From positions 119,288,001 to 119,352,000 of the forward strand of contig OZ024742.1 of NCBI GenBank assembly GCA_964016885.1: a stretch of 64,000 bases of DNA. The letters run 5' to 3'. Shown here one piece after another: positions 1 to 12,254 of the stretch. Under the pieces are notes generated by a model that had not been told where the DNA came from, made no database searches, and saw only the letters and a list, made by a program, of their open reading frames with translations. This stretch comes from Eledone cirrhosa. Taxonomy: Eukaryota. Positions within the stretch are counted from its first letter, which is position 1, and each line of letters opens with the position of its first letter. The position numbers and the translations under genes were made by a program.

Positions 1-2213
1 GCGGAGTATAATAGCCTCAAAAATCTCATCAGCTAATTGCAACTGGCTGATAGATATCGACTAAACTTCTCAAGTGCACCACTGTGGACGTGGAGCAACC
101 GCACTGGGTCTTCTAGATCGTATTTAGATAGATTTCTAATTAGATAGAATGATAAGGAACCATTAAGCTGTCCACAAATGCACATGGTTGCCTATTCAGG
201 CCACAAATTAGTCACCTGCATAGTCAACCGTGATAGAACACACAGACAGGAACCCGGATACTGGAAGCTAAATATGTCGTTCCCGACGCGTAAGGCCTAC
301 AGTCAACGGATTAGCACCTTAGTTAAGAGCCAGTTGACGGGGGCCATCGTCAAAAACAGTTGGTGGAGCTCTCTCAAGAGGGCAATTAGAATAGAATCGA
401 TAGCATTTAGCAAGGAAGTAGCTTTAGAAAAAAACAAAACTGAAAAGGAACTGGTAGCTAAAGTAGAAGAAGCACTTAGGAATGACAGTACAGCTGACGT
501 GCTAGTGGCGAGAACGGCACTAGACCAGTTCTTCAACGTGAAACACGAAGGTTGTATTGTCAGAAGTAGAACACGTGCTCTAAGAAACAAGGTAGCCAAA
601 GCTGTTAGCTGGGCCCGAGTGGCAGAGGCGAAAAGTGGCAACAAATCCACGATTCAGTCTTTGCAAGACAAAGACGGACGCATTCTACTTGAATCCAAGC
701 AGATGTGCACGGCCTTCCAGCAGCACTTTGCACAACTGTTTGGGCAAAATGGTACGTCAAGCGAGGTGATGGACTTCAGTTCCTACCTCGACGGCATACC
801 ACAACTCTCGAGCACGGATGCAGAGAGCTGCGAATGGCCGATCACAGCGGGCGAAATAGAAGATGCCCTAGGCCGCTGCGGGAAACGCAAATCACCCGGT
901 TTAGATGGTCTACCCTATGAGTTTTACATAGGCAGGCCAGACTTGTTCTCTGGCGTCTTCGAAACGGTCTACTGCAACTGGCAGCAGAACGGGAGGATTC
1001 CCAGTTCTGTAGGCAGAGGCGTAATAATGCTGATCAGGAAAGATGAGAACAAGGGGGATGAGATAAGCAATTTCAGGCCCATAACTCAACACAGAGTTAA
1101 AGATTTTGGCCAAGGTGTTAGCAACGAGGCTGGCGCTTGTCGTCGAGAGCCTGGTAGGGGAAGCGCAAACGTGTGCAACCCGACCAGGTCCATACACGGC
1201 AACCTTCACCTCATGCGATACATCATAGAGAGGGTAGGTGTAAACCTGACTTCGGTGGGGCTCTGATCAATTTAGATCAGTCTAAGGCATTTGATAGGGT
1301 CGACTATCAATACTTGGAAGCAGTTCTCAAGGCGGCCGGCTTCGGTCCCGTCTTCACAGGCTAGATCGCTGCCATGCACACCAGCATCCGCTCGGCAGTC
1401 AAGGTGAATGGTCACCTATCGAAACCATTCCAAATCATGCGTTCCATCCGACAGGGATGCCCTCTCTCCCCCATTCTGTATGTACTGACTCTCGAGCCAC
1501 TACTGCGGAAGTTGAAGCTGTTGCAGGGCATCCCAATCGAACCACGTAATGGTGTCGAAAACCTCGGACATCGGGGTAATCGGCAACCTATTACAGGAAT
1601 ACGAAACGTTGACAGGAGCAAGACTAAACCCAAACAAGTCTGTCGGTTTGCAACTCGGCACATGGAGAGGCAAACTCATGCCTTTCGACAGTGTCGTTGG
1701 ACGCTGGACGGAAGGACCGGTGAAATTGCTCTGGTTTGGTCCAGACCTCCAGGTGGACAAGAACTGGAACGAGGTCACGGTGAAGGTCTTTGCACTCACC
1801 CAGAAGTGCGCTGAGTGCAAACTCTCCTTGAAAGGTCGAGTGGAGTTGGCGACACTTACATAGCGTCCGTCATCTACTACCGCTTGACAGTCGTGCCTTG
1901 TCCCCGCGAATACCTCACTAAAATGGAACGCCTACTTTTCAAGTTCCCCTGGAAGAAACAGGCTACATTGGTGAGGAGATCCATCTGCTATCAATACCCT
2001 TCTAACGGATGGCTGGGCATGCCGTGGCTGATGATGCGGTGTAAAACAACCCTGCAGTAACGTTCCCCCCTATTGGGGATTTCAATTGTTATTTTATTAT
2101 ATATAGTTTATTGTTATTTATTAATGTTAAAGTTATATGATTTTTATGTAAAACCCCCGCCGTCACGTCTTCTAATGTCCTATTTTTGTACGCCCCTGTG
2201 GCAAATAAAGAAA
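1..2213 (+). mobile_element. Tx1/L1-clade LINE: disrupted ORF2 (APE C-terminus + RT) with internal deletion and 3' UTR, ending at (TATC)n
   Basis: Motifs across frameshifted frames: WTWSN..SYLDRFL, GYWKLN, KSPGLDGLPYEFY, NFRPIT, LDQSKAFDRVDY, IRQGCPLSPILY. The coding sequence jumps to a 3' UTR at ~2041 with AATAAA at ~2204. This UTR resembles the one at ~59200. Confidence 0.9.
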
Positions 2214-2215
2214 GA

Positions 2216-2260
<45 letters not shown>

Positions 2261-2330
2261 GTCTATCTATCTATCTATCTATCTATCCATCCCTCTCTTT
2301 CTCCCCTCCCCCCTCTCTCTCTCTCTATAT

Positions 2331-2522
2331 ATAGGAAATGTTCAAGACCCCGACGGCAGAGCTCAAGCCGTTTCGACGGCTATTTCTGGACTCTGAGTCG
2401 AAACGGCTCGAGCTCTGCCGTCGGGGTCTTGAACATTTTCCTATTACCCACTCTTCTACCCTAAGTATTGAGTACTCTGGTGCGTTATGGTCCATCTGGT
2501 TCCTTACCACGCTTCCTTCGTT
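2331..2522 (+). mobile_element. PLE-type fold-back mini-element, family A, with the 3' half of a hammerhead
   Basis: Inverted arms 2331-2377 and 2397-2444, then a ~78-bp tail; (TA)n on both sides. GAAAC-GGCT-CGAGCTC-TGCC-GTC-GGGGTC forms HHR stem III with a GUC site. Confidence 0.75.
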
Positions 2523-2537
2523 ATATATATATATATA

Positions 2538-2838
2538 CTTAAGGTAAACATTGATGCAATTAAATTCAAGTACTCAACGTACTTTTTCCACATAGGAGTG
2601 ACGGAGTATATTTAGAATAAGAAAATGCGAAGTAGTTTCAGATGTTAAAGTTCTTTAATGATAATGCTGTGATATATTTTTCAATGACGACAGTTGCCAC
2701 ACGCGTCGGTGTACCCAGTGCCGTGACATCATCAGACAGCTGAGTACACCGACGCGTGTGGCCACTGTCGTCATTGAAATATGTATCACAGCATTATCAT
2801 TAAAGGACTTTAACATCTGAAACTATTTCGCATTTTCT

Positions 2839-2842
<4 letters not shown>
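2538..2842 (-). mobile_element. PLE-type fold-back mini-element, family B
   Basis: Inverted arms ~2616-2712 and ~2744-2842, tail 2538-2615, flanked by (TA)n; contains a complete HHR. Confidence 0.75.
2666..2740 (-). ncRNA. Type I hammerhead ribozyme
   Basis: Minus strand reads GCUGU-CUGAUGA-(long stem II)-GAAA-AAUAU-AUC-ACAGC. Stem I is GCUGU/ACAGC and the predicted cleavage triplet is AUC. Confidence 0.7.
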
Positions 2843-2887
<45 letters not shown>

Positions 2888-3372
2888 ATATGTGTGCATG
2901 TGTATTTGTATGTATGTGTATATATATGTATGTATGTATATATGTATGTATATATATATATATGTATGTGTAATGCACATGAACCTCACAGCTTTAGAGG
3001 ACGTTGTGACCCTGACGCTACTTTAGTTACGTTGCTAATTCACACTTTTGACAGCTCTCCCTCCTTTTGTTATATACTTCAAATGAAAGAAAAAGTGAGA
3101 AAATGTGTCTTAATGTGAGTGGGCATGTGTGTGTGTGTGTATGTGGGTTAATGCTTCTGTAGGTGTAATTATGTGTATAGACGTTTGTTACTGTGCGCGC
3201 GCACGCGTATAATGAGGTATTATGTGCGTAACTTACTACGTACTGCGCAGGTGTGTTGAAACATATTTTGCATTCATGAATAGACATGCAACCATAAATA
3301 CTATACACTTATACACCTATTTCGAACGTCTAAGATATGCCAGTCAAGCGAATGATGTTTATATATATATAT

Positions 3373-3579
3373 ATAGGAACGAGTAGGACCCCGACGGCTG
3401 AGCTCAAGCCGTTTCGACGGCTAATTCTGGACTAGAATTTGCCGTCCAGAATTAGCCGTCGAAACGGCTTGAGCTCAGCCGTCGGGGTCCTACTCGTTCC
3501 TATTACCCACTCTACTACCCTAAGTATTGAGTACTTTGGTGCGTTATGGTCCACCTGGTTCCTTACCACATTTCCTTCG

Positions 3580-3581
<2 letters not shown>
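3373..3581 (+). mobile_element. PLE-type fold-back mini-element, family A, copy 2
   Basis: Near-perfect inverted arms ~3373-3433 and ~3444-3504 and the same tail as 2445-2522, set in (TA)n. HHR stem II/III is present (GAAACGGCTTGAGCTCAGCCGTC). Confidence 0.78.
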
Positions 3582-3640
<59 letters not shown>

Positions 3641-3643
3641 TAC

Positions 3644-3860
3644 ATTTAATATAGAAATGGCTTCTACATGACTAGAACTGTTTCATTCGGAGGAAATCAT
3701 CAGGAAAGCCCTAGTGAAGAAGGGCTTTGCTGATGATTTCCCCCGAATGAAACAGTTCTAATTCTGTAGAAGCCATTTCTATATTAGATATTTATACTCT
3801 GCTATGTATTGAGTACCTTACTTACTTTGGTTACCCCCGATTGAACCCGACACCCCCCCC
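3644..3860 (+). mobile_element. PLE-type fold-back mini-element, family C, with two opposed hammerheads
   Basis: Arms 3644-3712 and 3721-3790 plus a ~70-bp tail; preceded by (TA)n. Related copies lie at 16859, 54531 and 57559. Confidence 0.8.
3723..3774 (+). ncRNA. Type I hammerhead ribozyme (antisense twin at ~3659-3710)
   Basis: GGCUUU(G)-CUGAUGA-short stem II-GAAACAG-loop-CUGUA-GAAGCC. It has a 4-bp stem III, a GUA triplet and stem I GGCUU/AAGCC. Confidence 0.78.
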
Positions 3861-3887
3861 ACACACACACACATATATATGTGTGTG

Positions 3888-4260
3888 TGTTCGTCCGTTT
3901 GACGTCGATGGACGGGAGAATTAGTACTCAATACCGAAGTAGGGTTTAATAATATTCTTTAGTATGACTAAGTGATGAGTTTTGTTATTCTGTAGGTGTA
4001 CCTGTATACTCACAGGATCATCAGGATTATCAGACAATAAGAGTTAAAACTATACGTGTTTGGCTTATTTGAGTTCTAGTATAAGGCAAGAAAGAATGCG
4101 TAAACTTGGCAACGGCCACACATCAAGAAACAGCAGTCAGTTGCTTCCTACCTGCTTCTGCCGGAACAAAGCAGATGGCGTCCGTCACCACCTTTAATAT
4201 TCATAACTAAAGGCTCTGAATTGTTTATTCGTAAACATATCGTGTATTATTCGATATACA
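3888..4260 (-). mobile_element. Probable PLE 3'-end fragment
   Basis: Carries the TATTGAGTAC tail motif on the minus strand (~3924-3933) next to TA/TG repeats; no intact HHR seen. Confidence 0.35.
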
Positions 4261-4289
4261 AATTTTACACGCGCACACATCTCTGAGCA

Positions 4290-4632
4290 TTGCAAACCCT
4301 ACCCGAAAAGGAGAACTGGTCAACATCATCGAATGCTTGCGAAGCCGCAGATTTTTTTCAGAGTTTCCCTCTCTTAGAAAGGTGTTGTAACAAGAACAGG
4401 GGGGCCTTTCATTCCCAGGTTAAAACAAGTACTATTTGGATGGCCGTTGACGCTGTTGAGTGCCTCGGTCCTTTACTGGGTCTTGTTTTCATCCCTCAGG
4501 GTGTCCAAAAATCACCCTCCTCACTAAGCTAGTTTGGTAGGTTTGCCGGTTTAGTCGCCGACGACCCGACCATGAGACAGGTTGTACTGGGTTACATGTT
4601 ACCAGTAGCACTCGAGAGCAACCTGACATATG
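4290..4632 (-). mobile_element. Non-coding retroposon family D (5' part)
   Basis: Shares the leader AACCCAGTACAACCTGTC.CATGGTCGGGTCGT.GGC.ACTAAAC with 13227 and 14625. Confidence 0.6.
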
Positions 4633-4636
4633 TATG

Positions 4637-5420
4637 TTTTCTCTTTCTCTTAATTTCGAGTATAATTTTTTGACCGGCCACCTTCCTGGTGGCAAGGTTG
4701 TAAAAGAAAAGAAATTGTCATCCCTTGAATCGCAAGAATGTTTTGCAAATTTTGAAGGTGCCAGCTATCGCAGCCATTTGTAGACTATGAATTAGGGAGC
4801 TGCGCTTTTTGTCCGCAAATCCAAGTTCAGTCATACTTTGGTCCAAGCGGGTTGGTATATAACCCGTAGCACCAATAATGATGGGTATGAAGCTAAAGGT
4901 GTATCTTGGATACTGGATTTGTAAACTCCTCATCAATGGTCCGTAGATGTCCTCCTTCTCCTGTATTTTTCTGACAACGTTTACATCATGTGGGCAGCTG
5001 ATCTCCACAACAGAACACGTTTTCAATGTGTGGTCCCAAACTACAATATCAGGCCGGTTGTGCTTTAATTTGGTGGCAGTTTTTATTTTCAGGTTCCACC
5101 AGTATTCCTTAGTGCCATCTGTCTCAATATATTCTTCCTCGTTTGTTGTTAATTTTGTTTTCCGAAGTGCGTTCCAGATGGTTCTAGCTATCCCATCGTG
5201 TCTCATGGGGAGGTAGTAGCGAGATGACATTCTTTCGCAGCTGGCAACAATGTGGCTTACATCTTCGATCTTTGTTTTACATAGCCTACATTTATTGTCA
5301 GCTGCTGGCCCTCCTCTTTTGTGCAGCAGATATTTGGTAGGGAGTTCTTGTTCCTGTATTGCATAGAGATATCCCTCAAGGTGTGATGTCATAAACTTGT
5401 CGGAACTCCATGCCAGGTTT
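4637..5420 (-). mobile_element. R4/Dong-clade non-LTR retrotransposon, 5'-truncated (restriction-like endonuclease end)
   Basis: ORF 4718-5392 contains AIQEQEL, CRLC..EDVSHIVASC (zinc knuckle), RHD, NRPDIVV..EISCP and PIIIGATG. Confidence 0.88.
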
Positions 5421-5550
5421 TTGAGTGGTTTATCCCCTCTATGGTCTGTGTTTTACGCCTCAAGTATCCATGCACAACTATGTATGTATGTATGTATGTA
5501 TGTATGTATGTATGTATGTATGTATGTATGTATGTATGTATGTATGTATG

Positions 5551-8312
5551 TTCTTCTGGTTTTATAATTTCACAAATTTTTTCCCAATAAAGAGAGAGTC
5601 AGTTTCTAACATAGACACAAGACTCTCTCATTGGAATTTACACAACATCAACTAGGTAGAATATGTATGCATGCATGTGTAGATATGGATGTTATTGTAT
5701 TCGTGGATGTGTATGTTTTGAGTTGTATGTGTGCATGTGTATATGCTTTGTATCTGTACATGTGTATATGCAGTTATTAGAGGCAAAATATTTGGAATGT
5801 TTTACATATTTTTACTGCTCCATTAATGGATTGTACCTGTAATTTCCTTACTAGTTGTGTTTTTTCTGTTCCTGTGAAGTCTAGCTCCTCAAGATTTGTA
5901 TTGAGGCAGTTACTAACATACCCCAGTGCCCCAATAATCATAGGCATAAATCTGAAGGTGTAATCAGGGTGGAGTATCTGCATATTTCTCATCAGTTCTG
6001 CATAAATATTCTCCTTTTCGCTAATCTTTGATATTATATTGGCATCTGCTGGGCAGCTAATTTCCACTAGTGTGCATGCTTTCTTCTCCCTGTCCCATAT
6101 CTGGTCTGTTATGCCTGCATTTTATTGGGGTTTTTACTGGAACATTCCACCAGTACTCTTTCATGTAATGTACATGGATGTCTTCCACATTGCTGTAGCT
6201 TTTAATGTGTTTATTATCGGGGCTATCTTTTTTACGAACTGCATTGTACAGTGTTTTGGCCAGTACATCATGCCTCATTCGTAGATAATACCGCGATGAC
6301 ATCTTTGGACAGCTGCTGATGACATGGGTGATATCCTCGATGTTAGTTCTGCAGAGTCTGCACTTGTTATCACATCTAGGTGTTTTGCCTGCATCCCTAT
6401 CTCTTTTGTGAATCAGGAATTTCGTGTTAATTTCCTGTTCTTGGATTGCAAAAGCGTATCCTTCAAAGTGGGAGCCAATATAGCTGTTGTTGGTCCAAGA
6501 TAAAGTACTTTCCTTATCTAAATTACTCTTACTCTGGAGCTTCCTGGCAACATATCCATGTATGATTTTTTGCTGATAAGTATGTAGTTTTTCATCCATG
6601 GATTCACTGCGATACTGCTGAGCGACCTCCCTGGGTGTGAGTTTTTGATTATCACACAGGGAATATCTCTCGAGGAGTTCCTTCCCAACTCTCATGATCT
6701 TATCCGTTTCATGCAGATAGACTTGCTCGAGAAACGGGCTCCTACGCTTCGAGGTTCGTAGATGTTGTCGGAGAGATATGATGCGACATTCAAATGTTGT
6801 CTGGACTGATGTTTGGCTTCTGCCTCCCTGCTTACGTTTCAAGTAAAGGCGGTCTATGTTACTGTTGATGTGGAAGTTTCCGGTGTTGTTTAGTATTTTT
6901 CAAGTTCCAACATCAACTGCTCGAATTTCGTCTATCGTCCAATTGAGTATTCCAAACGTTGGTGTTAGGACAGGCACAGCAAACACATTGTGAGCCATTG
7001 TTTTGTTTTGCGCAGAGAGTTCCGAATACCAGATCTTTCTGAATCGGGTGTATGCCCTGGTTACGCGTTCTTTATTACAGATACCATTATAGGATATGTT
7101 CTCATCTATCCCCAGGTATCTGTAGCAGTCCTCATCAGATATCGGTGAAACAGTTAGGCCACTGATGACAATGTTGCTAGATTGTGTTGTTGTATTTCCC
7201 CGCTTTACAGTCATGTATGAGCATTTATCTTGGCCAAACTCCATTCCTATATCCTTTGAGAACGTTGTAACCAGGTCAAGATTTTTCTTCATCCCATCCA
7301 TGTTCTTGGCTTAGAGTTTCGGATCGTCCACAAAGAAATTATGGGTTAGGTTCGTATTTCTGTCTTCCTGTGAGCCAATGATGTATCCCTCACATTTCTT
7401 GAGCAGAAAGGACAAGGGGTTTAATGACAAGATGAATAATATCACAGAGAGACTGTCCGCCTGAAATATACCCCCGGAATATTTTATTTTATCAGTGAAA
7501 ATAGAGTCCTCCCTCTCTGTCTTTAACCTTAGGATAGTAGCCCAAGAAGAAGACAGCCTCTCTATGGCCCTGACAATAATGTCTGGGACTTTAGAAAGCT
7601 GGAGGGCCTCTATCATCCAAGAGTGGGGAACAGAATCGAAAGCTTTCCTGTAGTCCAGCCAGACTGTAGCCATATTCCTCCTAAGTTGTCGCACCTCCGA
7701 CATCGCAGTTTTGTTGATTAGGAGTTGTTCAGCACATCCCCAAACCCCTTTCTTTCCAGCTGCTTGTTCATCTGTGATGATGTTATTATTTTCACAATGA
7801 TCTTGGAGGAATAGGTTCAGGCAGGCTGTATACATCTTATACATCAGGTTCTGGCATGCAATGGGTCGGTAGTTTTTTGCTAAGTGGGTGTCTTTGTTCT
7901 TGGGGACCAGTAATATTTGTGCTAATGTCAACCATTCTGGTATAAGTGTATCTCCCTTAAGAACTTGTTGGTAGAGGTCAGTAAGATACCTCCGATAGAA
8001 TATCAGTTTTTTGTACCAGTAGCCGACAATCATGTCTCTTCCTGGTGTTTTCTTATCTTGGAGTTTTCCTATCACAGTCTCAAGGGTACCCTCACTTATT
8101 TCCTATGTTTTTGTTGTAGTGTAGGAGTAATAGTTCTTTCGGATTTCTTTTAGCCACACTGCATCTTGGTTGAAATTCTTCTTTTCACCACATATTTTGC
8201 TCCAAAAGGAATCTATGTCTTTCTGGGATGGCGCCTCAGTGACACTTATTATTTTGCCCTTCATATCTCTATAGACTGATGTTTGGTTTCGTCTGAATCT
8301 TTTATTAAGCAC
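5551..8312 (-). mobile_element. R4/Dong-clade non-LTR retrotransposon, 5'-truncated and frameshifted, inside (TATG)n
   Basis: RT motifs KTPGRD, NYRPIAC, WLDYRKAFDSVPH, GIFQADSLS, FFVDD, YRYLG; RLE motifs CRLC..HVISSC, RHD, RHNRPD. (TATG)n abuts both ends. Confidence 0.92.
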
Positions 8313-8402
8313 TGTATGTATGTATGTATGTATGTATGTATGTATGTATGTATGTATGTATGTATGTATGTATGTATGTATGTATGTATGTATGTATGTA
8401 TG

Positions 8403-8443
<41 letters not shown>

Positions 8444-8446
<3 letters not shown>

Positions 8447-10130
8447 GGAGGTGAGTTTTTATTGTAGCACAATAAAGCAATGCAAATATCGGATAAGTAG
8501 CACTCTACAGTTTATAGGACTGGAGTATAAATATATAAGATCAAAAGATGGTTAAAAGAGTCCCAAGTATTTTATTATGCGCATTTCAAAAATAATAATA
8601 TTAATGATATTAAGGATATAATGTGAAAGAAGGAGAAGAATAAACGAATTAAGAACTTAGAGGAATTATTTAGGGTTTAAGTTTGTTTTTATGTATTGTA
8701 ATATGTAAAAGTAAATAGTAGGTTTAAAACAAGCACGGAAGGAGAGAAGAAAAAAGAGAATTTAAGGAAGAAAAAATATCTAACGTCAAAAAGTATATAT
8801 GTTTACAAAAAGTTTTCTAATGGTAATATTATTATATATAAAAAAATGTATAGTTTCTATGAGGAAAAATAGAAAATGGAAAATGCTGTAGTGAGTAATA
8901 ATATGAATTGAGAAGTAATTGGGAAGTAAAGGTTACAGATTAAAGATTAGAAATTAAAAAAGAGAAAAGGAAGAAAGGAAAAAGGATAAAAAGAAGAAAG
9001 ATAGGGGATCACAACGACTTAGAGTGAGTAAATTGTATAATATAATATACTGAAATAAGGTAGAAAGATCGGTATATTTGTAAAAGATATAAAAAGCCTT
9101 TGAGAAAAGATTTTAAACTACTTAGGTGTTGAGATATTAGCTGTATACTTTATGGAATGTTCTATGGGATTTATGCAAGCAGAGCGAAAATAAATCCGTA
9201 CGTCTATTTATTATAGAATTAAAATTAGATATAATGGTACATTTCCCGGCTAGGCAGAGATTACATATTCTGGATAGGGAGAAATTCAGGTAAGGAAAGG
9301 CGTGGCAAACCTTCCTCCAAGAGATGTTATAGTTAATATTTTTGTCTTTTAAGGACCATATGAGTGCCGTGTTAGTTCTTTTAAGTTGGTATTTAAAAGA
9401 CGATTTGTGATTATAAAATCTTGCTTTAAAGGAAGTGGAAGTGGAACCGAAATAGGTAAAAGAATTAGTACCAGTTATAACCTTACATTTATACACTAAG
9501 TTTTTATCAAGACATTGGTTATTAAGAGGACATTTAGTTCTAACAGGGCAATTACAATTACGATTAGAGAAATTAACAGAGTTATTAACAAGTGACCTAG
9601 TATTATTTATAGAAGGAATTGGATTGAAGAAGTTATTTACGATAGGAACTATAGTTTCCTGATTTAGATTGGTATTATGAACATTCAACGAAGTTACGTT
9701 TGACGTCGTATTTAAATTTACTGAATCTAGTCTAGAGTTAACAATGACGTCGGGTTTACTACTGCTATTATTATGACGCTCAGTGTTGGATGGATGTAAT
9801 TTATTACTTAATATTTTATTATTGTGTTTAGAGATAATGCTAGAGATGTTGAAAGTGGTGGAATAAGAGAATTTGATTGTATGTTTGTTAAAGATTTTAC
9901 TATAGATATGCGAGGGAGGGAAGCATTTATCTAAGACCCTAAAGAATAGATTATGAATATTATTAGTGATAGATAGAGAAAAAGGAGCATTATACCAAAT
10001 CATATTTTTGTATCTAGGTCTTTTATTTAAGTTATTGGAGTGTTCAGGAAGTCGTAGTGTACGTATGAAAGGTATGGGAGGCAATTCGCGTCATAAAGGG
10101 CGGATTCATTAGATATCCAACGGGATGTTA
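8444..10130 (-). mobile_element. Penelope-like element (Hydra-like), 5'-truncated, with long 3' UTR
   Basis: GIY-YIG ORF followed by an AT-rich UTR and terminus matching 18460-18617; ends in (TA)n. The HHR 3' half GAAATGCGCATA lies on the minus strand at ~8571-8590. Confidence 0.85.
9137..10084 (-). CDS. PLE linker + GIY-YIG endonuclease (partial ORF)
   Basis: IWYNAPFS, IFNKHTIKFSYST, CNC...CPLNNQCL, LVYKC..TYFGSTSTSFKARFYNH, ISW, CNLCL. Confidence 0.85.
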   Translation of the reverse strand: MPPIPFIRTLRLPEHSNNLNKRPRYKNMIWYNAPFSLSITNNIHNLFFRVLDKCFPPSHIYSKIFNKHTIKFSYSTTFNISSIISKHNNKILSNKLHPSNTERHNNSSSKPDVIVNSRLDSVNLNTTSNVTSLNVHNTNLNQETIVPIVNNFFNPIPSINNTRSLVNNSVNFSNRNCNCPVRTKCPLNNQCLDKNLVYKCKVITGTNSFTYFGSTSTSFKARFYNHKSSFKYQLKRTNTALIWSLKDKNINYNISWRKVCHAFPYLNFSLSRICNLCLAGKCTIISNFNSIINRRTDLFSLCLHKSHRTFHKVYS

Positions 10131-10134
10131 GGGG

Positions 10135-12034
10135 CGAGTCTTTTGTTTGATTCGAAGCCCTCGGCGATCAACTTCCCCTTCCCCCTGGGGCTAGGTCGAT
10201 TCAGCGGCGCCTAGCCCAGACGATTTGCTACCATAGTTCACTATACTAGGTTAGATCTATTACACACTTTAGGGTTAAGGTTAACTAGACTCCGAGTGCC
10301 CAATTCACCCGCTTTATAGCTGCGGCGGGGTTTTCTGGGCTTTCGACAGACTATTGTGCTGTGCTATCAGTTAGCGCACAATAGGTGTGTTTATAAACCA
10401 TACTAACATGGTTAGTGTGGGTATGTGCCTATATATGGTCAAGTTGTGCTAGGTATAGTGAAAAGCCTTAAGTAGGTTCTACCCCAGGGTACTTGGCTTG
10501 TGGTCCAATAAGATGAATCAGGGAAGAGAGGAAGAAAAGTAAGAGATCTGGGGAGAAGAGAAGAGGTAGAGTAGTCTATATGTCTGTATGCACCTGAAGG
10601 GAAGTTAACGTCACACAGGAACCAGGATGCAGTGCGGCGTGGTTTTACGTAGGCCATACAGGACGGAGGTATGCAGGTCCTACAGCGTTAGCTAATTGGT
10701 CTAAAATAATAGAAGGATCTAAGATTTATGTGCGGGCAAGAAGAGAATATCTCCGACTTCCTATTTAGCAGGTTCAGTTTGGAGTGTATTATGGCGTGTG
10801 ATTCGGAGAGACAAAGGTCACAGGTCTTGCTAGGGGGTCTGTACTGCGATGATTTAGTGATGATTCTCCAATCAAGCGTGTATTGAATATCAGTGTTCTT
10901 CAGGAGGGATATGTTTCTAGCTAAGGATGTAGTATTCTTAAGTCTATCATGTCTAAATGTATAGCGATGGGAGTTGTATCTAGTCTTAAAGGGGGTCGAT
11001 GTAGACCCTATATATGTTTTGGAGGAGGTCCGAGTTGTAACATCACATGCGTAGACAATGTTATTTATTTAGGGGGCACTCCGCATTTCGTCTGCAGTTA
11101 CATTTTCGGTGTATGTGATTCTGCGGCACAGGAGATGTTTGGTTTTTCGTCGTTCCAGATTTGGCAACCGTACATCAGATGTGTGGATAGTATTGCTGGG
11201 TGACGCCGCATCAGGTCCATCTAGTGGTTGCCGGTGTGCCGCAGCTGCAATGTTATCGAAACCCTTTCTAATTTTGTTGTTGTTCGTTATGGCTAGGTGA
11301 CGAGCTAGATTTGGAGTAGTGGAGAATGATAGCTTAATTGTGTTTTTATTGATGATACTATGGTATTTACTACCGTGAGGGGGGGGGGGGTTCCAAGATC
11401 GAGAAGAATGCATTTGGTATATTGGTTGATACCTCCGAGTTGTAAGGTGGATTAAAGTAGGAATTGAATCTTCGTCTATTTTTCTTATTTTTCGTACTAG
11501 GGGAAGAGTTGACCCTGGGCATAGACAACCCATCTTCCGAGGTAGAGAGAACCTGGGGTGGTAACCTTATGCGGAGGGGTTCACAGGCTTCCCTGTCTTT
11601 CCTATTACACTTGAATTTTCTAGCTTTAATCCTAGTGTTAGTGTTATTGCTATACCGATGAGGCGTGTTAAATGGAGTCCCTTGCGGTTGGTCAGAGCCG
11701 CCTACAGTACCCGTGTAGTTCCTATTTTTGTATCCGCTTCTATTATGTAAAGCCATATTGCGTGTGATTACATTATATTGTCCGGCCCTGGTGGTTTGGG
11801 CGTTGTTATATATGTAGTATATTTTTTCTCAAAAACCGGACTTTGCTAGTGCTTTATTATAGTACCTTGCATTATACCTAAATGCATGCTCATTATGTGA
11901 TAGTCTGCTAATCCTGTTAGATACCCCTTTAATTATGGCATTTAGGACGGGTCTAGGGTGGTTAGAATTTGCATTCACGTATGTTAGTGTTTCATCTGGC
12001 TTGTGATAGGGTGAGAAGTATTTATTTTCCAAGT

Positions 12035-12036
<2 letters not shown>
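10135..12036 (-). mobile_element. Second Hydra-like PLE, frameshifted (RT thumb, linker, GIY-YIG), 5' end in (TA)n
   Basis: [53 protein letters not shown], and TYIGSTSTPFKTRYNSH..DWRII..CDLCLSE at ~10800-11020. Confidence 0.85.
10310..10377 (-). ncRNA. Degenerate hammerhead-like motif in PLE 3' UTR
   Basis: CUGAUAG-C-ACAG..CUGU-C-GAAAGC...GCUA, with an imperfect stem I. Confidence 0.4.
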
Positions 12037-12081
<45 letters not shown>

Positions 12082-12085
12082 ATAT

Positions 12086-12164
<79 letters not shown>

Positions 12165-12254
12165 TATATATATATACATAGATACATACATATATATATA
12201 TATATATGTATATGCATGTATTAATGTATATATATGTGCACGTATATATGTATG

